64,000 nt of DNA from Armatimonadota bacterium (lineage in GTDB: Bacteria > Armatimonadota > HRBIN16). Positions 10,206-18,654 of this stretch are shown here, in pieces. Each line of letters starts with the position of its first letter. Within the stretch, counting starts at the first letter, position 1. Position numbers and translations under genes: made by a program. Under the pieces are notes generated by a model. That model saw only the letters and a program-made list of their open reading frames with translations. It searched no databases and was not told the origin of the DNA. The stretch is from the NCBI GenBank assembly GCA_049969495.1, contig JBMFOT010000008.1:2136-66135 (forward strand). The letters run 5' to 3'.

Positions 10206-10966
10206 TGCCCTCTCTGGCTCCGATGGTGTTGCACCTACCCGTTTTCGAAGGTCCTCTAGACCTTCTGCTCCATCTTGTGCGCGAGAACAAGGTTTCTATC
10301 ACCGATATCCCTATCGCCCTCATCACCGACCAGTATCTGGAATACCTACGCCTGATGGAGGAGCTGGACCTCGAAATCGCCAGCGAGTTTCTGGTGATGG
10401 CGGCGACGTTACTGGAGATCAAATCGCGCATGTTGCTGCCCAAGCCGCCTCGTGTCAGCGATGAGGAAGAGGAAGAAGACCCTCGCGCGGAACTGGTGGC
10501 GCGGCTGGTAGAGTACCAAAAGTACAAAGCGCTGGTAGAGACCCTGCAAACGTGGGAGGCGGAGCGCAAACGGTGGTTCTTCCGCAGCCCGGATGCGCCC
10601 GTGCCTGATTACGAACTGCCTATCCCGCTGGCAGAGCTCACGCCTCAGCACTTGTTGCGTGCGCTGGAGAGGCTGCTGGCAGAAGCGGTAGACGCTCCAC
10701 CTCCTGCCATCCTCGTTCCACGAAAAAAGATCTCACTGCGTCTTAAGATTGTGGAGGTGTGGCGGCGGATACAGGCAGCAGGGGAGGGCTTGCGCTTCGA
10801 GGATCTGCTGGATGTGCCGTTCACGAAGTGGGATGTGCTGCTGACCTTTCTGGCGGTGCTGGAGCTGATGCGACAGGAACGGGTAGAGGCTCGGCAAGAG
10901 GCTTTGTTTGGAGAGATTACCCTGTGGGCGCGAAGGGAGGGAGCAGATGGACATCCCGCAGCTTAG
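10205..10966 (+). CDS. scpA: Segregation and condensation protein A
   Basis: FEGPLDLLLHL, ASEFLVMAATLLEIKSRMLLP, FLAVLEL. TGATG overlap with the MTase stop. Confidence 0.95.
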   Translation: MPSLAPMVLHLPVFEGPLDLLLHLVRENKVSITDIPIALITDQYLEYLRLMEELDLEIASEFLVMAATLLEIKSRMLLPKPPRVSDEEEEEDPRAELVARLVEYQKYKALVETLQTWEAERKRWFFRSPDAPVPDYELPIPLAELTPQHLLRALERLLAEAVDAPPPAILVPRKKISLRLKIVEVWRRIQAAGEGLRFEDLLDVPFTKWDVLLTFLAVLELMRQERVEARQEALFGEITLWARREGADGHPAA

Positions 10967-11498
10967 CCGCGCGCTGGAGTGTGTGCTGTTTATCGCCACA
11001 GAGCCTGTGGCAATGAAGACGCTGGGTGAGGTGCTGCAGGCAAACGAGGAGCAGTTGCGGTCTGCTCTGGACGCTCTGGAAGAGCGACTGCAAGCGAGCG
11101 GACTGCAGCTGGTGCAGGTAGCGGGGGGGTACCAGCTATGCACACGCCCTGAATTTGCGGAGGTAGTGGCGCGGTACCTGCAACCGCAGCCCAGTAAACT
11201 CTCCCGGGCCGCGCTGGAAACGGTTGCCATTATCGCCTACCGCCAGCCCATCACCCTGCCCGAAATCGAGGCGATTCGTGGGGTACAATCGGATGGCGTG
11301 GTACGCACCTTGCTACAGCGGGGGCTGATTCAGGAAGTGGGGCGCAAACAGACGGCAGGGAGACCGGTGTTGTACGGCACCACACCGCAGTTTTTGCACT
11401 ATTTTGGGCTGAACTCGTTAGAAGAGCTACCCGAGCTGGAGGAACTGAGCGCACCGGAAGGGAATTTGCCCAATGCGCAAAAGCAGGAGGAACAGTGA
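10947..11498 (+). CDS. scpB: Segregation and condensation protein B
   Basis: LSRAALETVAIIAYRQPIT..EIEAIRGV, GRPVLYGTT..FL..FGL. Confidence 0.95.
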   Translation: MDIPQLSRALECVLFIATEPVAMKTLGEVLQANEEQLRSALDALEERLQASGLQLVQVAGGYQLCTRPEFAEVVARYLQPQPSKLSRAALETVAIIAYRQPITLPEIEAIRGVQSDGVVRTLLQRGLIQEVGRKQTAGRPVLYGTTPQFLHYFGLNSLEELPELEELSAPEGNLPNAQKQEEQ

Positions 11499-11502
11499 AG
11501 GC

Positions 11503-12705
11503 GTGCGACGAGTGGTTCTTCTCTCTCTGATATGGTCTCTCATCGCAGGAATGGCATATGCCATCCCGCCGCCGATTTTGAAGGCGAAATCGGCGATTCT
11601 GGTAGATGCCGAGACCGGTCAGGTGCTGTACGAACTGCGGGCGGATGAGCGACGCGCCATCGCCAGCACCACCAAGATGATGACCGCTATTCTGCTTATC
11701 GAGCGGGGCAAGCTGGACGATCTGGTCGTGGCGACCGAGAACGCCATCAACACACGCTACGCCAACCTCAACATGACGCCCGGCGAGACCATCCCCCTGC
11801 GCGATATGCTGTACGCCATCATGCTGCGCTCCTCCAACGACGGATGCGTGGCAGCGGCGGAGTACCTGTGCGGAACCGAGGAACGGTTCGTGGAGCTGAT
11901 GAACGAAAAGGCGCGGGAACTGGGACTGGTGAACACACACTTCGCCAACTCGCACGGACTGGACGACCCGAATCACTACTCCACCGCGCGCGATCTGGCG
12001 ACACTGGCACGCTACTGTATCCAGAATCCGCTTTTCAACGAGATTGTGCGCACCCAGAAGGCGCGTATCCTGCGCTCGGTCAACCAGCAGGACGTGGTGG
12101 TGACTACCCATGCGCACTGCCTGAAGCACCTGCCGGGCGCGGACGGCATCAAGACAGGCTACACCGCCAAAGCGGGCAGATGCTTCGTGGGGTCGGTCAC
12201 GCGCAACGGCTGGCGGCTGATTTCGGTGGTGCTGGGCAGCACCGATGCGGACAAAGATACCCATGCGCTCATCGAGTGGGCGTATAAGCAATATACGCGC
12301 ATCGACCTGGCGCAGACAGGCGGTACGGTAGGCACAGTGAAGGTAGACGGAGCCAAACCGGAGGCGGTACCTGTGGTAGCAGCTGCGCCTTTGCGTGTCA
12401 TTGTGCCGAGGCGATGGGAGAACGAGGTGAAACCCGTATTACACCTTGCCTCGGCGAAACCGCCTATTAAGCAGGGTCAGCCGCTGGGCGAACTGCAAGC
12501 GGTGCTCAACGGCAAGGTGGTGGCGAAAGTGCCTGTCGCGGCAGCGGTGGAGGCGCGAATGGTCACCCATGTAAGCCTCGCGCTATGGGTAGTGCTCGGG
12601 GCGTTGATCTGGATAACCAACCGCCTTATCCGACGGGGGATGCTTAACGGCTACCAGCGTCGCAACAGCACGCGCCGTTCGGGTATCATGAAGTGGAGGG
12701 GTTGA
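11503..12705 (+). CDS. D-alanyl-D-alanine carboxypeptidase (peptidase S11)
   Basis: SxxK (ASTTK), SxN (SSND) and KTG motifs, signal peptide, C-terminal TM. Start (GTG 11503) uncertain. Confidence 0.9.
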   Translation: MRRVVLLSLIWSLIAGMAYAIPPPILKAKSAILVDAETGQVLYELRADERRAIASTTKMMTAILLIERGKLDDLVVATENAINTRYANLNMTPGETIPLRDMLYAIMLRSSNDGCVAAAEYLCGTEERFVELMNEKARELGLVNTHFANSHGLDDPNHYSTARDLATLARYCIQNPLFNEIVRTQKARILRSVNQQDVVVTTHAHCLKHLPGADGIKTGYTAKAGRCFVGSVTRNGWRLISVVLGSTDADKDTHALIEWAYKQYTRIDLAQTGGTVGTVKVDGAKPEAVPVVAAAPLRVIVPRRWENEVKPVLHLASAKPPIKQGQPLGELQAVLNGKVVAKVPVAAAVEARMVTHVSLALWVVLGALIWITNRLIRRGMLNGYQRRNSTRRSGIMKWRG

Positions 12706-12707
12706 AC

Positions 12708-13562
12708 ATGTTGGATTGGCAGAGCAAACAAGAGCGTCTGTTCACCATCTTGCGTGAGATGGGCAGTGTGGCGGTCGGATACTCCGGTGGGGTCGACAGC
12801 ACCTACCTGATGCACGCGGCGCACGAAGTGCTAGGCGATAGCGCGCTGGCGGTCATCGGCGACTCGGAGGCATTCCCCGCCGGTGAAATCGAAGGGGCGC
12901 GCCGGCTGGCAGAAGAGCGCGGCTGGCGTTATGTGGTGGTGCGCACGCACGAGCTGAGCAACCCGCACTTCCGGGTGAATAACCCAGACCGTTGCTACCA
13001 TTGCAAGAACGAGCTGTTTGGGGTGATACGGCAGATAGCGGATGAGCACGGTATTACCTGGGTGGCGGATGGCTCGCACGCCGGCGACGAGGGCGACTAC
13101 CGTCCCGGAATGCGTGCCGCAGCGGAGAAAGGCGTACGCAGCCCCCTACGCGAAGCGGGTTTCACCAAAGAAGACATCCGCCAGGCGGCGCAGGCGGCGG
13201 GTCTGCCCAACTGGGATAAGCCGTCGTTCGCATGCCTCTCTTCGCGATTTCCCTACGGAACCACCATTACCCCCGAGCTGTTGGCGCAGGTAGATGCGGC
13301 GGAGCGTTGCCTGCGCGAGCTGGGCTTCCGACAGTTCCGTGTGCGCCATCACGATACCATCGCTCGCATCGAGGTGGAAAAAGCTGACCTCGCCCGTGTG
13401 GTGGAGCTAGCAGACATCATCGTCACCCGCTTCAAAGAGATAGGTTATCTGTACGTGACGTTAGACCTTGCGGGCTACCGCACGGGCAGCCTTAATGAGC
13501 CGTTGCGTAAACAGGGTGTTATCCCTGCCAGTGCCGTTGGAGTGGTAAAGCATGGACGTTAG
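12708..13562 (+). CDS. larE: LarE-family ATP-dependent sulfur transferase (nickel-pincer cofactor)
   Basis: PP-loop SGGVDS, CYHCK, D.RPG, ACLSSRFPYG. Confidence 0.9.
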   Translation: MLDWQSKQERLFTILREMGSVAVGYSGGVDSTYLMHAAHEVLGDSALAVIGDSEAFPAGEIEGARRLAEERGWRYVVVRTHELSNPHFRVNNPDRCYHCKNELFGVIRQIADEHGITWVADGSHAGDEGDYRPGMRAAAEKGVRSPLREAGFTKEDIRQAAQAAGLPNWDKPSFACLSSRFPYGTTITPELLAQVDAAERCLRELGFRQFRVRHHDTIARIEVEKADLARVVELADIIVTRFKEIGYLYVTLDLAGYRTGSLNEPLRKQGVIPASAVGVVKHGR

Positions 13563-14307
13563 CGCGCTGGAAGAGATTCTGCAGGCGGTACGCACAGGCA
13601 CGCTTTCGGTAGAGGATGCTCTGCGGCGAATGCGTGCCCTGCCTTATGAGAACCTGGAGTTCGCCCGCATTGACACGCACCGCGCCCTGCGCACCGGCTT
13701 TCCGGAGGTGGTGTTCTGCCAGGGGAAAACATCGGAGCAGGTTCTGGCGATTCTGGAGCGGCTGAGCAACCGCCATCGCAAGGTATTAGCCACCCGTGCC
13801 ACCCCCGAACTGGCGGCGACGGTGAAAGAGCGATTTCCCCGCGTGCGCTATCATGAGGTGGCACGCATCCTGGCGCTGGGCGAGAGCGAGCCGGAGAGCG
13901 AGGTACCGCAAGACCGCTACGTGCTGGTGGTCGCCGCAGGTACATCCGACCTTCCCGTGGCAGAGGAGGCGGCGGTGACCGCTTCCGAGATGGGAAGTCG
14001 CGTAGAGCGGTTGTACGATGTGGGCGTTGCGGGACTGCATCGCCTGCTGTCGCAGTCGGAGAAGCTGTTCGAGGCGCATGTACTCGTGGTGGTGGCGGGG
14101 ATGGAGGGCGCGTTGCCCAGCGTAGTGGGTGGATTGGTGAGCCGTCCCGTCATCGCCGTGCCGACGAGCGTGGGCTACGGGGCGCACTTTGGAGGGCTTG
14201 CACCGTTGTTAACTATGCTCAACTCCTGTGCGCCCGGCGTGGCAGTGGTCAATATCGATAACGGCTTCGGAGCGGGCTATCTGGCGCACCTGATTAATTG
14301 TGGATAG
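13552..14307 (+). CDS. larB: Nickel-pincer cofactor biosynthesis carboxylase/hydrolase LarB
   Basis: AGTSDLPVAEEA, DVGVAGLHRL, AGMEGALPS, PTSVGYG, VVNIDNGFGA. Confidence 0.95.
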   Translation: MDVSALEEILQAVRTGTLSVEDALRRMRALPYENLEFARIDTHRALRTGFPEVVFCQGKTSEQVLAILERLSNRHRKVLATRATPELAATVKERFPRVRYHEVARILALGESEPESEVPQDRYVLVVAAGTSDLPVAEEAAVTASEMGSRVERLYDVGVAGLHRLLSQSEKLFEAHVLVVVAGMEGALPSVVGGLVSRPVIAVPTSVGYGAHFGGLAPLLTMLNSCAPGVAVVNIDNGFGAGYLAHLINCG

Positions 14308-14391
14308 GGCGAGTTTGCTACCCGGGCAGTCAGGACAGGTTTTCCCGCCCCTCCACCTCCCACTACCCTATTACAGCGCACGTGGTAACCG

Positions 14392-15288
14392 CTACTTCAG
14401 CAATATCCCGCCCAGCACCGAGCCGTCAGCGGCGTCAATCCATACGGCTTCCTTGCCAAAATACACCGCGTACGCGAGGCGGGCGCGATAGGGTACCTGC
14501 GGTGGATACCTTTTACCACCGAACGCGCCATTGGGGTAGACATACCCTATCTCTACACGCCCCGTATACTGCCCCTGATGCGGACTGCGGTGCGTCTGGT
14601 ACCAGTTGGCGTAAACCTGCTTCGCCTTCTGCACTGCATCGTTCTGAGAAATACGAGGGTCATGCGATTCTATCAGCGTGTCTAGGCGTCGCCCAAAGTA
14701 CACCAGCCTCCCGTCTATGGGGTCTACGGTTACCACCACTTCACCACTCTCGCCGAGAAACGAGTAGCCGAAGTAGCGCACGTCAAAAACGGCGGTAATT
14801 GTTCCTGCGCGATTGGCGTCGCCGTTGCTTGTTTCTCCTTCAGCTACCATTCGCAACCGCTTCAGATAAGCCCCCTTCGGCAAGCCGAGGCGCTGAGCCA
14901 GTTGCCAGCAGTATTGTTCTGCTGCCTCGCGCGAAGCAATCTGCGGTTGGCGGTCACGCCCTATTCGCTTCACCTGCTCGTATTCGCGAGCGTCGTTGCT
15001 GAAGCGATACACTTGCCCGTTCCGGGCATCTATGCGGAAGGTGTATTGCCCGGGCCAGGCAACATCCCAGAATCTCCAGCCGTCGCTCCCTGTTCGCAGA
15101 CGTGCTCTCTGCGTACCGGTGACTGGTGGCAACTGACAGGTTTGGAGAAACCAGCTTGCCGCTGCGATCGCCCGATCTTCACTAAGTTCTTCCGCCGAGT
15201 ACTCTCCTCGTGTAGCAGTAACCAATACTGCATACCCTGTCGCCGCTACCAGTAAGGCAACGCCAAACCAAAGAGCCTTGCGCTTCAT
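14392..15288 (-). CDS. Exported hypothetical protein with PepSY-like repeats
   Basis: N-terminal hydrophobic signal/anchor. Repeated IS...A...A and IDA..G.V segments. Confidence 0.65.
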   Translation of the reverse strand: MKRKALWFGVALLVAATGYAVLVTATRGEYSAEELSEDRAIAAASWFLQTCQLPPVTGTQRARLRTGSDGWRFWDVAWPGQYTFRIDARNGQVYRFSNDAREYEQVKRIGRDRQPQIASREAAEQYCWQLAQRLGLPKGAYLKRLRMVAEGETSNGDANRAGTITAVFDVRYFGYSFLGESGEVVVTVDPIDGRLVYFGRRLDTLIESHDPRISQNDAVQKAKQVYANWYQTHRSPHQGQYTGRVEIGYVYPNGAFGGKRYPPQVPYRARLAYAVYFGKEAVWIDAADGSVLGGILLK

Positions 15289-15303
15289 TTTTGTGTAACC
15301 TCC

Positions 15304-16499
15304 TTACCACCAAAAGTGCGGAGCATAAACATCGGATCCTGTATATGCTCCGCTTAGACGGGTGTAGTAATCTCCCCAGACACTGGCATAGTCGCGCCAT
15401 GGACCGGGGACGGGTTCAGGAGAGAAGTACTCTTCCACCATCTGGTTTCGCGCCTGATGGGCTGTCAAGCCATCTGCAAGCCCGCTCCAGAAAGCCGCAG
15501 CACAAGCTTGCGTCTTGCGAGGATCGACACTAATGTTCCATCCCACCACTGCCTGATTTTCGCACCAGTTGGTATCGTAGCCATTGTAATACGGCCACAG
15601 AAACACATTGAAGCTGTTGTCTGTACCCGTCAGGCAGGCGTCAATGAAAACCAGGTTGATGGGAGGCAATCCTGTGTTGAACGGAGGATAACCGGTGCCA
15701 ACCGCATTCTGGCGAACGGGCAGAACGTCTTCTGGGAAAATATACTCTACAATCCCGGTCAGCTCGTCGGAGTCGCTGGTAAACACCCCTATATCCCCGT
15801 GCGTATTGACATAAAACACTGTACATGGTTCAATGTCGTTGAGTACCATCTGCTTTGTCCAGCCAAAAGCCACGCAAGTGCGGGACACATTGTGGTTCAT
15901 GAACGCCAGGTACTCTGAGGAGGGAGGTACCCCCGCTGTTGGTGCGGAGGGATCGTTTTCCCATTCGTTGCGCCCATAAAGGGTGGCTTTGTTGTATACC
16001 AGCACGTATCGGGATGCGGAACCGGTTTGTCCTGCGGAGTCGGTGCCCTCCGCGTAAATCTCCAGATGGGTATCGTCCGGGAAATGCGTGCTGGCGAAAC
16101 GAATGTGGAGGTACACATAGGGCATTGGGAAGATGAGGGTCTGGTCAATAAGCGTTTCGCTGCCCATGCGTAACTTCACTCTTTTCATGTAGGCATTTGG
16201 GGTGTTTGTATAGAAGGGAGCCACTACTTCACAGCGTGCCACTGGCATAGTTCGGCCACTCCGTTTTACCCGGGAACGGTCCCCAGAGGATACTCACTTG
16301 GACGCCTGCAAAACACGTTTCCGCAAATAGCAGAGAAAGAAAAACGCAGGCTAAAAAGCGAGAGATTAACGCCAAAAATCTGTCGTTCTTACCCCCCCCT
16401 CATGCTGCAAGAGGCGAAGAGCGGAGGCGCCACCTGCACGGTGAGGCTGAAGATGCACACGGTAGCCAGTGTGCGCAGGCAGGCAAATCGTCGTAACAT
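15304..16499 (-). pseudogene. Secreted clan-CD-like (caspase/gingipain fold) cysteine peptidase candidate, split over three frames by a G8 tract and a second frameshift
   Basis: RBS AGGAGG and ATG at 16499. G8 at 16392-16399 then TAA. Signal-peptide-like segment in the next frame. Main frame 16248-15304 contains FYVNTHG and LVFIDACLTG. Confidence 0.6.
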
Positions 16500-16581
16500 T
16501 TTGCTAGCACCCTCCTTTGTTGTGTAATGAAAAGCCGTCTGCAGATTTTCGCCACACGACGGGAGATGCGCTACTGGCTAC

Positions 16582-16610
16582 AGTATAGCACCTCCCTGCA
16601 TGGTTGTCAA
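16582..16610 (-). promoter_or_regulatory. Consensus sigma70 promoter for the poly-G gene
   Basis: Minus strand TTGACA(16610-16605)-17 nt-TATACT(16587-16582), extended TG. Confidence 0.75.
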
Positions 16611-16650
16611 GCGTTTTTGCGGGGGTGTGGGAACAATTTTTTCGTGCCCC

Positions 16651-16679
16651 TTGACAACGCTGGAGGAGGGTGTTATACT
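16651..16679 (+). promoter_or_regulatory. Consensus sigma70 promoter of the LacI-pilin transcript
   Basis: TTGACA-17 nt-TATACT with extended TG. Confidence 0.85.
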
Positions 16680-16684
16680 CTATT

Positions 16685-16708
16685 CGAAACGTTTCGCGAA
16701 ACGTTTCT
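16685..16708. promoter_or_regulatory. Tandem LacI-family operators
   Basis: CGAAACGTTTCG followed directly by CGAAACGTTTCT. 16686-16707 is a perfect 22-bp palindrome over the predicted TSS. Confidence 0.8.
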
Positions 16709-16721
16709 CAAGGAGAAGTCT

Positions 16722-17756
16722 ATGCCTGCTACTATCCGCGACATCGCGAAAAGGCTGGGCATCTCGGTGTCTACCGTCTCTTATGCGTTGAACGGTGGAC
16801 CCCGTCCCGTGCCCGAAGAGGTGCGCCGGCGCGTGCTGGAGGTCGCCCGTGAGCTCGACTACCGTCCGAACCGGCTTGCCCGCTCGATGGTAACCGGTAA
16901 GACCGAGACCATCGCCGTGGTGCCGCCGATGGTCACGCGCAACATGCTTCGTTCCCCCTATATCCACGCGACACTGTCGAGTATCGCCGATGCGGTGGGC
17001 GAACACGGGTATGACATCCTGCTGCACACCTCCGCTGCCCCGATGGACGATGCGGAACTGGTGCAATCGCTGCTCAGTGGCAAAGTGGACGGTATCCTGC
17101 TGATCGCCCCTTTGAGCACCTCGCAAGCACCGCAGGAGCTGCGTCAACGCGATGTCCCCTGCGTGGTGGTATCGGCACGGGTAGAGGGGTTGCCCTCTGT
17201 GTGCGCAGACAACACCGCAGGTATCTTTGCCGCGATGGATTGGCTTTACGCACATGGACACCGCCGTTTCGGCTTTATCGGCGGTCCTCCCGCTTTTTAT
17301 GATGCACGCCAGCGTCTGCTTGCCTTCCGACGGTATCTGGAGGAACATCACCTGCCTCTGCGTAGCGAGTGGATTGCTGAAGGGGACTTCACCGCACGGG
17401 GTGCAATGAACGCAGCACGAGCGATGCTCGCTCTACCGGAACGCCCCACGGCGATTCTGGCGGCGAACGATGAGACGGCGGCTGGCATCTTGCAGGTGGC
17501 TCAGGAGCTGGGACTGCGTGTGCCCAACGACGTGTCGGTAGTGGGCTTTGATGATACGCCGTTCGCGCAGGTGCTATCGCCTCGCCTGAGCACGATACGA
17601 CAGCCATTGGAGCGGATGGCGACCGAAGCGGTCAACATGCTCGTGGCGTGGATAGAGCGACGCGAACCACCGACAGGAGAAGAACGGATATTCCCGACGG
17701 AGCTGGTGCTGCGGGAAAGCACGGCGCCAGCTCCGGGTTTAGTATCTCAATCATGA
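16722..17756 (+). CDS. LacI-family transcriptional regulator
   Basis: TIRDIAKRLGISVSTVSYALNG HTH, YRPNRLARS hinge, VPNDVSVVGFDD. RBS AGGAG at 16711. Confidence 0.95.
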   Translation: MPATIRDIAKRLGISVSTVSYALNGGPRPVPEEVRRRVLEVARELDYRPNRLARSMVTGKTETIAVVPPMVTRNMLRSPYIHATLSSIADAVGEHGYDILLHTSAAPMDDAELVQSLLSGKVDGILLIAPLSTSQAPQELRQRDVPCVVVSARVEGLPSVCADNTAGIFAAMDWLYAHGHRRFGFIGGPPAFYDARQRLLAFRRYLEEHHLPLRSEWIAEGDFTARGAMNAARAMLALPERPTAILAANDETAAGILQVAQELGLRVPNDVSVVGFDDTPFAQVLSPRLSTIRQPLERMATEAVNMLVAWIERREPPTGEERIFPTELVLRESTAPAPGLVSQS

Positions 17757-17770
17757 GGAGGTAACACACG

Positions 17771-18557
17771 ATGAAACGCAACGGCTTTACGCTCATCGAG
17801 CTGCTTGTAGTAATCGCGATTATCGCGATACTAGCAGCGATCCTGTTCCCCGTCTTCGCACAAGCGCGGGAAAAGGCACGTCAGGCGACCTGTCTGAGCA
17901 ACATGAAGCAGATGGGGTTAGCCACGCGCATGTATCTGCAGGACTACGATGAGACCTGGTTCCCCGCCTGGCACAACCGCCCCGAGGGAAACGGGCACTG
18001 GTTCTTCCGCATTTCGCCCTATATCAAGTCGGGCACGGGCGATAACTGGGATACCTACCGGCAGAGCGGCGAAATCCGTATCTGCCCGTCCGGTATCGCC
18101 AAGCGGTTCAACTACAGCATGAACGACCACATCTGCCCGCTGTGGGGCGATTGGGATGGCTGGGTGCACTACGTGCCCGATAGCGATGCCATCTTCACCC
18201 ATCCAGCGGAGACCATCGTGTACGGCGACGGCACGCAGATCGGTGCGTGGGGCTACGATACCTCCGCAAACTTCTGCTGGTGGCCCTCGCAGGAGTTCTG
18301 CTGGTGGGGCAACTTCCCTCAGGGCGACAATGACCCGTTGTGGAAGCTGTTGGACCGCGACCTGAGCGCAAGTCTGGGACGGCAATAACTGGGACTGGAC
18401 GCGAAATCAGGGCTACGGTCAGGTACGCTATCGCCACAACATGACCGCCAGCTTCGTCTTCGCGGACGGTCATGCGAAGGTTATCCGGCGCGGGCTGGTA
18501 AAGGTGCCTTGGAACTGGTCTCTCACCGGCAAAGACGAGAACGACTGGTCCCGATAA
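17771..18557 (+). pseudogene. Prepilin-type N-terminal / DUF1559-like / H-X9-DG protein, frameshifted near 18370
   Basis: G|[18 protein letters not shown]. First frame stops at 18388; the +1 frame continues VWDGNN...RHNMTASFVFADGHAK...DWSR* to 18557. Confidence 0.85.
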
Positions 18558-18569
18558 GCAAGACATAAG

Positions 18570-18604
18570 AAAGCCCTCCCGCCTCGCGCGGGAGGGCTTT
18601 TTTT
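18570..18604 (+). terminator. Intrinsic terminator after the pilin-like gene
   Basis: AAAGCCCTCCCGC-ctcgc-GCGGGAGGGCTTT followed by TTTT. Confidence 0.85.
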
Positions 18605-18654
18605 CGGCGTTTCTGGAAGGAATCTGCTCGTGCGGAGGATAACCTAACGGCACT

